Below are positions 47,827 through 58,102 of a DNA stretch of 64,000 bases, one piece after another. Source of the DNA: Candidatus Omnitrophota bacterium (lineage in GTDB: Bacteria > Omnitrophota > Gorgyraeia > Zapsychrales > JBAZNR01); assembly GCA_041649175.1 (NCBI GenBank), contig JBAZNR010000002.1, positions 47,149-111,148 of the forward strand, given 5' to 3'. The number at the start of each line of letters is the position of its first letter. Position 1 is the first letter of the stretch. Below the pieces are notes generated by a model. The model did no database searches and was not told where the DNA came from. It worked only from the letters and a program-made list of their open reading frames with translations. A program made the translations under genes and the position numbers.

Positions 47827-48147
47827 GTGATGAAGCCAATCAATGTCGCGTTTTTAATTTACGGGATCCTCATGTTTGTGGGCGGATTTATCGGTTTCGC
47901 CAAAGCCGGAAGCAAAATGTCTTTGATCATGGGCATTGTTTCCGGGCTTATTATTATTCTCGGCGTTTTAATTTCCTTGAACAATCCGCAAACCGGATAC
48001 CTTGTTTTAACAGTGACAACAACGTTGTTGTCGGCTGTTTTTATAAGCCGTTTGATCAAAACACAAAGTTTTATGCCGTCGGGAATGCTCTTGATCTTTA
48101 GCCTCGCGGCCTTAGCAGTTTGCGTTGTTCAATTAATAAAAAAATAG
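47827..48147 (+). CDS. TMEM14-family small membrane protein (4 TM)
   Basis: 106 aa. VGGFIGFAKAGSKMSLIMG matches the TMEM14 signature GGxxGYxKxGSxxSLxxG. RBS AAGGAG. Directly after hemH. Confidence 0.5.
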   Translation: MMKPINVAFLIYGILMFVGGFIGFAKAGSKMSLIMGIVSGLIIILGVLISLNNPQTGYLVLTVTTTLLSAVFISRLIKTQSFMPSGMLLIFSLAALAVCVVQLIKK

Positions 48148-48365
48148 TGACTCCTAAGATTGATAAAAGTAATTTTCAGCATGTTTCCATCGGCCTTAAT
48201 GTCGCCACCGGAATGTTCGTTTTTTCCTATTTGGGATTTTTAGCCGATAAAAAATGGGGCGGGCAAGCCTGGACATTGGTAGGGATTCTCTTAGGATTGG
48301 TGTATAGCGCTTATGAGATCTGGAAACTTATTCGTCAGCTGAACGATCAGGATAAAAAAACGTAA
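48120..48365 (+). CDS. atpI: AtpI/AtpZ-like small membrane protein preceding the F-ATPase genes (PF09527-like)
   Basis: 81 aa (or from GTG 48147). Two TM helices. ...GLNVATGMFVFSYLGFLADKKWG... resembles the ATPase_gene1 family. Immediately upstream of atpB. Confidence 0.45.
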   Translation: MRCSINKKIVTPKIDKSNFQHVSIGLNVATGMFVFSYLGFLADKKWGGQAWTLVGILLGLVYSAYEIWKLIRQLNDQDKKT

Positions 48366-49132
48366 TGGCAAATCCCGGATTTAATTTAGAACAGTACATT
48401 ATGCATCATGTGACGAATGCGCACCAGTGGCGTTTGCCGTTTTTACCGCCTTTGGAATTGCCATCGTTTTTAAGCCTCCATGCCTTAATGCTGTTTTTTT
48501 GCGCGGCATTTTTGATCGTTCTTTTTGTGTTTTGTTTTAACAAAAAAGACCGTGTTCCTCACGGTATGACAAACCTTTTGGAAGCGTTCGTTGTTTTTAT
48601 CCGTGATGATATTGCCGTTAACTGCTTAGGTGAAAAAGACGGACGGAAAATGACACCGCTTTTTTGCACGTTTTTCTTCTTTATCTTGGGTTTGAATTTG
48701 ATGGGGCTTATTCCGCTGTTTTCTACTGCAACCGCGAATGTTAATGTAACGGCCGCGCTGGCGCTTGTTACCCTAAGCTTTATGATATTTGGCGCTATCT
48801 ACAAAAATGGATTCATGGGGTTTGTTAAGGCGCTTGTTCCATCAGGAGTTCCTGCTCCCATTTTGATCATTTTGGTTCCCATTGAGGTTTTAGGGCTTTT
48901 TATTAAAACGTTCGCCTTAACGATCCGTTTATTCGCCAATATGCTAGCAGGGCATATTGTGATTTTTGCGCTTTTAGGTTTGGTTGTTCTGTTGGGCTTT
49001 GCGGCGCTTCCGGCAGTTGTTCTGGCCCTTTTTATTTATGTTGTTGAGATATTAGTTTGCTTTTTGCAGGCGTACATTTTTACGCTTTTATCGGCGATGT
49101 TCATCGGTCAAATGTATCATCCGGCGCATTAA
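48365..49132 (+). CDS. atpB: F0F1 ATP synthase subunit a
   Basis: 255 aa. Conserved LFANMLAGH arginine-helix region. Confidence 0.92.
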   Translation: MANPGFNLEQYIMHHVTNAHQWRLPFLPPLELPSFLSLHALMLFFCAAFLIVLFVFCFNKKDRVPHGMTNLLEAFVVFIRDDIAVNCLGEKDGRKMTPLFCTFFFFILGLNLMGLIPLFSTATANVNVTAALALVTLSFMIFGAIYKNGFMGFVKALVPSGVPAPILIILVPIEVLGLFIKTFALTIRLFANMLAGHIVIFALLGLVVLLGFAALPAVVLALFIYVVEILVCFLQAYIFTLLSAMFIGQMYHPAH

Positions 49133-49144
49133 GATAAATTTAGA

Positions 49145-49172
49145 GAATTACTTTACTAATTTTCGAGGTTCA
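49145..49172 (+). promoter_or_regulatory. possible internal promoter (TTTACT-16bp-TATAAT) ahead of atpE
   Basis: -10 TATAAT at 49167-49172. Weak -35 TTTACT at 49145-49150. Located in the 105-nt atpB-atpE gap. Confidence 0.3.
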
Positions 49173-49237
49173 GTATAATACGGGTATTCAAAAAGACGAT
49201 TTTTAAGCAATATAACGATAAACGAAAGGACTTAAAT

Positions 49238-49453
49238 ATGACTCCAGCAGTATTTGCCGCCTTAGGCGCAGGTTTAGTGACCATTGGCGTTGGATTCGGG
49301 ATCGGAAAGCTCGCTGCCGCTGCCGTAGAGGGCATTGCCCGTCAACCGGAAGCGACCAATAAGATCCAAACAGCCATGTTGATCGCGGCTGCTTTGATCG
49401 AAGGGGTTGCTTTGTTTTGCGCGGTTATTTGCTTTTTAGCCCTTAACAAATAA
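49238..49453 (+). CDS. atpE: F0F1 ATP synthase subunit c
   Basis: 71 aa hairpin. GIARQPEA loop. Conserved carboxylate (E) in helix 2. Confidence 0.92.
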   Translation: MTPAVFAALGAGLVTIGVGFGIGKLAAAAVEGIARQPEATNKIQTAMLIAAALIEGVALFCAVICFLALNK

Positions 49454-49470
49454 TTAAACCAGGGAAAATC

Positions 49471-50004
49471 ATGACGCCTGATAGCGCATTAGAACATGTT
49501 TCTGGGGCCGCTGAGCACGCGCCGGGAGTTTTTACACCCGATGTGATGATGGCTGTTTTGACTTGGGTGACTTTCTTTGCGCTTTTGCTCGTCCTTTATA
49601 AGTTCGCCTGGAAACCTATTTTAAACGCTTTAGAATCGCGCGAAGAATTGATCCGCCGCTCAGTTGAAAACGCGGAAAAGGCGAACCGCCAACTGGCGGA
49701 TATCGAAAAATCACGCGATGAGATCATCGCGCAGGCGCACGAAAAAGCCAAAGATGTTGTGGATCAAGCACGTAAAGCGGCTATTGAAGCGGCTGGCGTG
49801 ATCCAGCAGAAAACCAGAGACGACGCGCATATCATTTTAGAAAATGCCCGTCGTGAGATCAACGCCGAAAAAGAAAAAGCACAAGCCGAGCTCAAAAGCA
49901 CCAGTGCGCATATTGCCGTTCAGCTGGCCGAAAAACTTATTAACGAAAATTTAGATTCAGAAAAGAATCAGAAAATCGTTCGAGATTTTATTAAGGATAT
50001 TTAG
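49471..50004 (+). CDS. atpF: F0F1 ATP synthase subunit b
   Basis: 177 aa. Single N-terminal TM helix plus a long charged helix. Confidence 0.85.
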   Translation: MTPDSALEHVSGAAEHAPGVFTPDVMMAVLTWVTFFALLLVLYKFAWKPILNALESREELIRRSVENAEKANRQLADIEKSRDEIIAQAHEKAKDVVDQARKAAIEAAGVIQQKTRDDAHIILENARREINAEKEKAQAELKSTSAHIAVQLAEKLINENLDSEKNQKIVRDFIKDI

Positions 50005-50007
50005 CCT

Positions 50008-50544
50008 GTGAAAAAGCTTCCCGTAAGATCTTACACTCAAATGCTTCTTGAGCTGTCCAAAGAGCAAAATAGTCTTGAGACAGTCGCTGGGGACATGGTT
50101 GCGCTAAAATCGCTTATTGGCGATTCAAAAGAGTTCGATGATTTTTTAAATAACCCTTCGATCTCGTCTTCGGTGCGTCAGGGGATGGTCGAGGAGCTGT
50201 TTAAGACTCGTGTTCATGCAACGACGTTTCAGTTCTTAAATTTTCTTTCTGAAAAAGGACGATTGCCCCTTCTTTTTGATATTTGCCTTTTATTTGAGGG
50301 AAAATATAAAGACATTAAAGGCATTGTCGACGTGACTATTTTCACCTCATTTGAGTCAAACACTGCGGAGATCAAAGACATTTGCCGTCAACTCAAAGAA
50401 AAACTGCATAAAGATATTGAGCCTAAAGTGGTGGTCGACCGTCACTTGTTAGGCGGGATCAAAATTAAGGTAAAAGATTTTGTTTACGATTTGAGCCTGC
50501 GCAACCAACTTGTTAAATTTCAAAAAGGAATTTTTACAGCCTAA
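50008..50544 (+). CDS. atpH: F0F1 ATP synthase subunit delta (OSCP)
   Basis: 178 aa. Position between b and alpha. OSCP-like helical N-domain. Confidence 0.82.
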   Translation: MKKLPVRSYTQMLLELSKEQNSLETVAGDMVALKSLIGDSKEFDDFLNNPSISSSVRQGMVEELFKTRVHATTFQFLNFLSEKGRLPLLFDICLLFEGKYKDIKGIVDVTIFTSFESNTAEIKDICRQLKEKLHKDIEPKVVVDRHLLGGIKIKVKDFVYDLSLRNQLVKFQKGIFTA

Positions 50545-50549
50545 AGCCT

Positions 50550-52063
50550 ATGTCTACAACGATCCGTCCGGATGAAATATCCGCCATCTTAAAAAAGCAA
50601 ATCGCCGGTTTTGAAAAGAAACTTGATTCCTATGAAATCGGGACCGTTTTAAATGTCGGTGACGGCATTGCCCGTGTTTATGGGCTAAGCAATGTTATGG
50701 CCGGGGAATTAGTGGAATTTTCTTGCGGGTTGCGAGGCATGGTTTTAAACCTGGAAGAAGATAATGTCGGCGTTGCGGTTTTCGGCGAAGATAAGCATAT
50801 CCGCGAAGGGGATGAAGTGAAGCGAACACAAAAAATCGCTTCTGTTCCCGTCGGTGAGAAACTCATTGGGCGCATTGTGGATGCCTTAGGCGTTGCCATT
50901 GACGGACAAGCGCCGATCGAGGCAAAGGAATTCCGCCAAATTGAAGTGAAAGCCCCCGGAATCATCCAGCGCCAAAATGTTCACGAGCCGCTTCAAACCG
51001 GAATAAAAGTTATCGATGCCTTAACGCCTATTGGCCGCGGTCAGCGCGAATTAATTATCGGCGATCGCAAAACCGGCAAGACAACCATTGCCATTGACAC
51101 CATCGTTAATCAGCGCGGCCAGGGAGTTTTTTGTTTTTATGTGGCGATCGGCCAAAAGCGTTCCACGGTTGCTCAAGTTTATGAAGTATTGAAAAAACAC
51201 GGTGCCATGGAATATACCACCATTGTTGCCGCGACCGCTTCTGATCCGGCGCCGATGCAATTTTTAGCGCCTTATTCGGGTTGCGCCATGGCGGAATATT
51301 ACCGTGATTCCGGCCGGCACGCCTTGATCATTTATGATGATTTAACCAAGCAAGCCCAGTCGTATCGCCAAATTTCACTTTTGCTTCGTCGTCCTCCGGG
51401 CCGAGAAGCGTATCCGGGAGATATTTTCTACTTGCATAGCCGTCTTTTGGAACGCGCCGCAAAAATGAGCAAGCAACAGGGAGCGGGAAGCTTAACGGCT
51501 CTTCCTATTATTGAAACACAAGCGGGCGATGTGTCGGCCTACATTCCCACCAACGTTATTTCTATTACCGATGGACAAATTTATTTAGATACCGATCTAT
51601 TTAATGCCGGGCAAAGACCGGCGGTCAATGCGGGGCTTTCGGTTTCCCGCGTCGGGGGCGATGCTCAAGTTAAAGCGATGAAGCAAACCGCTGGAACGCT
51701 TCGGCTTGACTTAGCACAATATCGCGAGCTCGAAGCTTTTTCTCAATTTGCATCTGACCTTGATCCGGCGACCCGCAAGCAACTTGAGCGCGGACATCGT
51801 TTGATGAATGTGATCAAACAGGGCATTCAACATCCTCTGCCAGTTGTTAAACAGGTTGCGATCATTTACGCAGGCGTAAACGGGTTTTTAGATGATATTC
51901 TACCCAAGGACATTGCGCGTTTTGAAGCTGAATTAAACAACGCTCTTGATTCGCATTATGCCGATTTTGTTAAGCTTTTTGATAGCGTGCGGCAATTAAC
52001 ACCCGAGATCAGGGCCGCCTTAGATGAACTTTTAACCGCAGTTAAAAAAGGTTTTAAACTGTA

Positions 52064-52064
<1 letters not shown>
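50550..52064 (+). CDS. atpA: F0F1 ATP synthase subunit alpha
   Basis: 504 aa. P-loop GDRKTGKT. Highly conserved alpha-subunit sequence. Confidence 0.97.
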
Positions 52065-54372
<2,308 letters not shown>

Positions 54373-54373
54373 T

Positions 54374-54673
54374 ATGAGCGCTTATCCATTCTCTTTTGTT
54401 ACGGTTCACGGAAAAATATTTGACGGAAAAGTAGATTCTGTTATCGCGCCCGGCGTTGAAGGCTATTTTGGTGTCTTAAGCCAGCACGCGCCGATGGTGG
54501 CGATGCTCACCAGGGGAGTCGTGTCTTTGCGTCAAGAAGGCGTAGAAAAGCATTTTGCTGTTAACCAGGGAATTTTAGAAGTTGACGGCAGCGGCCAAGT
54601 TGTTTTATTGGCGCAAGAAGGTGTTGCGGCGGATAGTATCAATCAGGCAAAAGAAAAAGCCGCCGCATTTTAA
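54374..54673 (+). CDS. atpC: F0F1 ATP synthase subunit epsilon (short form, beta-sandwich only)
   Basis: 99 aa. Position after beta. Epsilon-like N-terminal beta domain; the C-terminal helical hairpin is absent. Confidence 0.75.
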   Translation: MSAYPFSFVTVHGKIFDGKVDSVIAPGVEGYFGVLSQHAPMVAMLTRGVVSLRQEGVEKHFAVNQGILEVDGSGQVVLLAQEGVAADSINQAKEKAAAF

Positions 54674-54685
54674 TTAATATTAACA

Positions 54686-55591
54686 TTGTTTTTTAACCAT
54701 TGGCTTTTTTCAATGGAAAATTATATAAATAAAAACCAACCTGAAGCGAGTGCGCCTGAAGAGAAATCTTTTATCGGCGTCATTTTCCATTCTTTTTTTA
54801 TCATTCCGTTTATTATCGCTGTTTTTATGCTGCTTTTGTTCTGGGGCGTGCGCGCTTTGACGACAGAGCAGAAAACCGCTTTTGATTATCTGGAAGATGT
54901 CAAAACCGGCGGCTTAACCAAACGTTGGCAATCGGCGTTTGAGCTGTCAAAGTTGCTGGCGAGCCCTCAGTTAAAACCTTCAAGCGAGAAATTCTATTCC
55001 GAACTTAAAAAAACATTCCTAAATTCTTCCCATGATGACAGCCGCGTGCAGCAATATTTGGCTCTGGCGATGGGGAAGACCGAAAATGTGATTTTTGCCG
55101 AAACGCTTTTATCCGCCTTGAAAAGCGCCAATCCGGATGCGGCCGCGTCCATCATTTACGCGTTGGGGATGTTAAAGGAGACTAAAGATTCTCCGGTTGC
55201 TATTTATCCGTTCTTAGAGAATCCCGATCCTCAAATCCGGTTAGCGTCTGTTATCGCTTTAGGGAATATCGGCCAGTCTGAATCCGTACCGTATATAAGG
55301 AAAGCATTATTTGACGCGGAACCAAATATTAAATGGGATGCGGCCGTCGCTTTGGCCAAATTACAAGACGAGTCAGGGAAAGAAGTTTTGTTGAATTTGT
55401 TGGATCGTCAGTATCTTTCCGGTTTTCCACAGGTTGACGCGAATGAACAAATTCAAATTATGATCGTTGCCATGAGAGCGTCGGCACTCTTGAAAGACGC
55501 GCAATTGCAAAATGCGCTCGTTGATTTGGCTAAGAATGACCCCAATATTGATGTTCGAAAAACTGCTTTGGAACTAACAAGATCAGAATAG
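54686..55591 (+). CDS. HEAT/PBS-lyase-like repeat protein with N-terminal TM anchor
   Basis: 301 aa. Repeated DPxxRxxAxxALGxIG units. Sits between the ATP synthase and Rieske/cyt b genes. Confidence 0.65.
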   Translation: MFFNHWLFSMENYINKNQPEASAPEEKSFIGVIFHSFFIIPFIIAVFMLLLFWGVRALTTEQKTAFDYLEDVKTGGLTKRWQSAFELSKLLASPQLKPSSEKFYSELKKTFLNSSHDDSRVQQYLALAMGKTENVIFAETLLSALKSANPDAAASIIYALGMLKETKDSPVAIYPFLENPDPQIRLASVIALGNIGQSESVPYIRKALFDAEPNIKWDAAVALAKLQDESGKEVLLNLLDRQYLSGFPQVDANEQIQIMIVAMRASALLKDAQLQNALVDLAKNDPNIDVRKTALELTRSE

Positions 55592-56140
55592 GTGAGCACA
55601 ATGAGTGATAAAGATAAGTCTAATTCCACGCCTTTGAAATCCTTGACCGAAACGCCCATTGACCGTCGGACATTTATCAAGTGGTCGGCGGTCGGCTGGA
55701 TCGCTTTTGCCGGTGTGGTGGGCGGATACGCGTCCATGATCATGCGGTATTTATTTCCCAATGTTTTGTTTGAGCCGGTTCAGACGTTTAAGGCGGGTTT
55801 TCCGGATGAATATCAGATCAATGAGGTTTCCGAGCGCTGGAAAGATAAATTTGGCGTGTGGATCGTTCGTGATGATGAAAAAATTTACGCCCTATCGACC
55901 GTATGCACACATTTAGGTTGCACGCCAAATTGGTCGCCAAATGAAGGAAAATTCAAATGTCCATGTCACGGCAGCGGATTTTATAAAACCGGGATCAATT
56001 ATGAAGGCCCGGCGCCGCGTCCTTTAGAGCGGTTTAAGATCACTTTAGCCGATGACGGACAGATCTTGATCGACAAAACGAAGAAATTCCAGCAAGAAAA
56101 AGGCGAGTGGAAAGACTCTGAATCTTTTCTTGCTGTTTGA
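55592..56140 (+). CDS. Rieske [2Fe-2S] subunit of a cytochrome bc/b6f-type complex (Tat-targeted)
   Basis: 182 aa. Tat motif RRTFIKW. Rieske boxes CTHLGC and CPCHGS. Confidence 0.9.
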   Translation: MSTMSDKDKSNSTPLKSLTETPIDRRTFIKWSAVGWIAFAGVVGGYASMIMRYLFPNVLFEPVQTFKAGFPDEYQINEVSERWKDKFGVWIVRDDEKIYALSTVCTHLGCTPNWSPNEGKFKCPCHGSGFYKTGINYEGPAPRPLERFKITLADDGQILIDKTKKFQQEKGEWKDSESFLAV

Positions 56141-56163
56141 TATGAGATTTTAAGGAGGCTTAA

Positions 56164-56964
56164 ATGTCTGTACCGCAGCAAAAAAATAAAAAGAATCTGC
56201 TAGAACGATTTACAGAAACCCAGGTGTATCGTTCCATTTTTCGTACCGGCATTCCGGTAAATCGCCGTCAGCGAATGATGGTTGTTTTAAATAATGTCTT
56301 TCTTCATTTACATCCCGTGCGGCTTCCTAAGCATGCGGTGAAATTAACATATACCTGGTGCATGGGCGGGCTTTCATTCTTCATCTTTCTCGTTTTGACA
56401 GTGACGGGCATTTTGCTGATGTTTTATTATCGCCCAACGGTGGAATATGCTTACGGCGACGTGACGGATTTGGCCCAACAAGTACCGCTCGGTATTATGC
56501 GCGAAATTCACCGTTGGTCGGCGCATTTAATGGTCATCACGGTTTGGCTGCATATGTTTCGGGTTTTTATGACCGGGGCTTATAAACCGCCGCGCGAATT
56601 TAATTGGGTGGTTGGCGTTATTTTACTTGTCTTAACAATGCTCATGAGCTTTACCGGATATTTATTGCCGTGGGATCAGTTGGCGATTTGGGCCATTACC
56701 GTTGGTTCGAATATGGCCGGCGCGACACCTTTTGTCGGTTCTGCCGGGCCTGGCGCGTCGCTTTTGGCCATCGGCGATGTAAATTTTGTCCATGCGGGAA
56801 GTGACGCGCGTTTTGCCATGCTGGCGGGACGTTTTGTCGGCGAAGGGGCTTTACTTCGTTTTTATGTTTTACACTGTATCGGTTTGCCTTTTGTCATCAT
56901 GATTTTTATGATCATTCATTTTTGGAGAATTAGAAAAGACGGCGGTATTTCCGGCCCAACATAA
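56164..56964 (+). CDS. cytochrome b (b6-like, N-terminal four-helix heme-binding half, split form)
   Basis: 266 aa. Conserved heme-ligand His pairs in helices B and D. Confidence 0.88.
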   Translation: MSVPQQKNKKNLLERFTETQVYRSIFRTGIPVNRRQRMMVVLNNVFLHLHPVRLPKHAVKLTYTWCMGGLSFFIFLVLTVTGILLMFYYRPTVEYAYGDVTDLAQQVPLGIMREIHRWSAHLMVITVWLHMFRVFMTGAYKPPREFNWVVGVILLVLTMLMSFTGYLLPWDQLAIWAITVGSNMAGATPFVGSAGPGASLLAIGDVNFVHAGSDARFAMLAGRFVGEGALLRFYVLHCIGLPFVIMIFMIIHFWRIRKDGGISGPT

Positions 56965-56984
56965 TTCGCCAGGAGCAAATATTT

Positions 56985-58100
56985 ATGGAAACCATCAAAA
57001 ATATTATCAATTATATCGCCGCACCAAAGATCATGTTCACGGTGATCTTGCTGTGCTTTTTCTTTGTATTTCCTCCCACGAATTTCTTCGAAAGAATTAA
57101 CCGCCGGCTTAAGCTGTATTTGATCTGGACAAAAAAAGGCGGCATTATTTTATTCGCAACTTTATTCTCATTTTTTATTTTTGGGTTGATGGATGAAAAT
57201 TTTCGTTTGATCGTTTTAAAGCCCGATAATGTTCCCATCGTCGGATTGCTTTTCTTGGTCGTATTTTTCTTATGGCTCAGCATGTATCAGGCAACCATCA
57301 ATGATCAAAGATTGTCGGAAGGCAAGAAACCTACCGAATATCATGATCCCAATGATAAAGTTTTGGTTTGGCCCGACCTTGTTTACATTGAATTGATCGC
57401 GCTCATCGTTTGTTCCGCCTTGATCATTGCCTGGGCAATTCTTCTTCCTGCACCCTTAGAAGAACCGGCCAATCCGACGGTTTCGCCAAATCCTTCCAAA
57501 GCGCCGTGGTATTTCTTAGGCTTGCAGGAAATGTTGGTCTATTTTGACCCGTGGATCGCCGGTGTTTTGTTTCCGACGATCATTTTGCTGGGGCTGATGG
57601 CTATTCCGTATATTGATACCAATCGCGAGGGGGCGGGATATTATTCATTCTCTCGAAGAAAGATGGCGGTCTCTATCTTTTTGTTTTTCTGGTTAGCGCT
57701 GTGGATCTTTTTGATCTCTACGGGAACGTTTTTGCGCGGGCCGAATTGGAATTTCTTCGGGCCTTTTGAAAAATGGGATATCGCGAAATTAACACCGCTT
57801 AACAACATTAATCTCTCGGAATTTGTTTACATGATCGTTTTACAGCGGCGTTTACCGGAAAATATTTTGCTTCGCGAAGCGTGGGGATTTTTAGCGCTGG
57901 GTGGATATTTTCTGGTTTTGCCGATCCTTTTAGCGAAAACACTTTTAAAGGATGTTTACAAACGTTTGGGAAGTTTTCGTTATAGCATTTTTGTTATTTT
58001 TCTTCTGATCGCTTTATTATTGCCGCTTAAGATGTATTTACGGTGGATCTTCAACTTAAAATATATTATCGCCATCCCGGAATTCTTTTTTAATATCTAA
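56985..58100 (+). CDS. cytochrome b C-terminal half / subunit-IV-like protein (extended, 371 aa)
   Basis: APWYFLGLQE (a PEWY-motif variant) plus several TM helices. Follows the split cyt b. Confidence 0.7.
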   Translation: METIKNIINYIAAPKIMFTVILLCFFFVFPPTNFFERINRRLKLYLIWTKKGGIILFATLFSFFIFGLMDENFRLIVLKPDNVPIVGLLFLVVFFLWLSMYQATINDQRLSEGKKPTEYHDPNDKVLVWPDLVYIELIALIVCSALIIAWAILLPAPLEEPANPTVSPNPSKAPWYFLGLQEMLVYFDPWIAGVLFPTIILLGLMAIPYIDTNREGAGYYSFSRRKMAVSIFLFFWLALWIFLISTGTFLRGPNWNFFGPFEKWDIAKLTPLNNINLSEFVYMIVLQRRLPENILLREAWGFLALGGYFLVLPILLAKTLLKDVYKRLGSFRYSIFVIFLLIALLLPLKMYLRWIFNLKYIIAIPEFFFNI

Positions 58101-58102
58101 TT

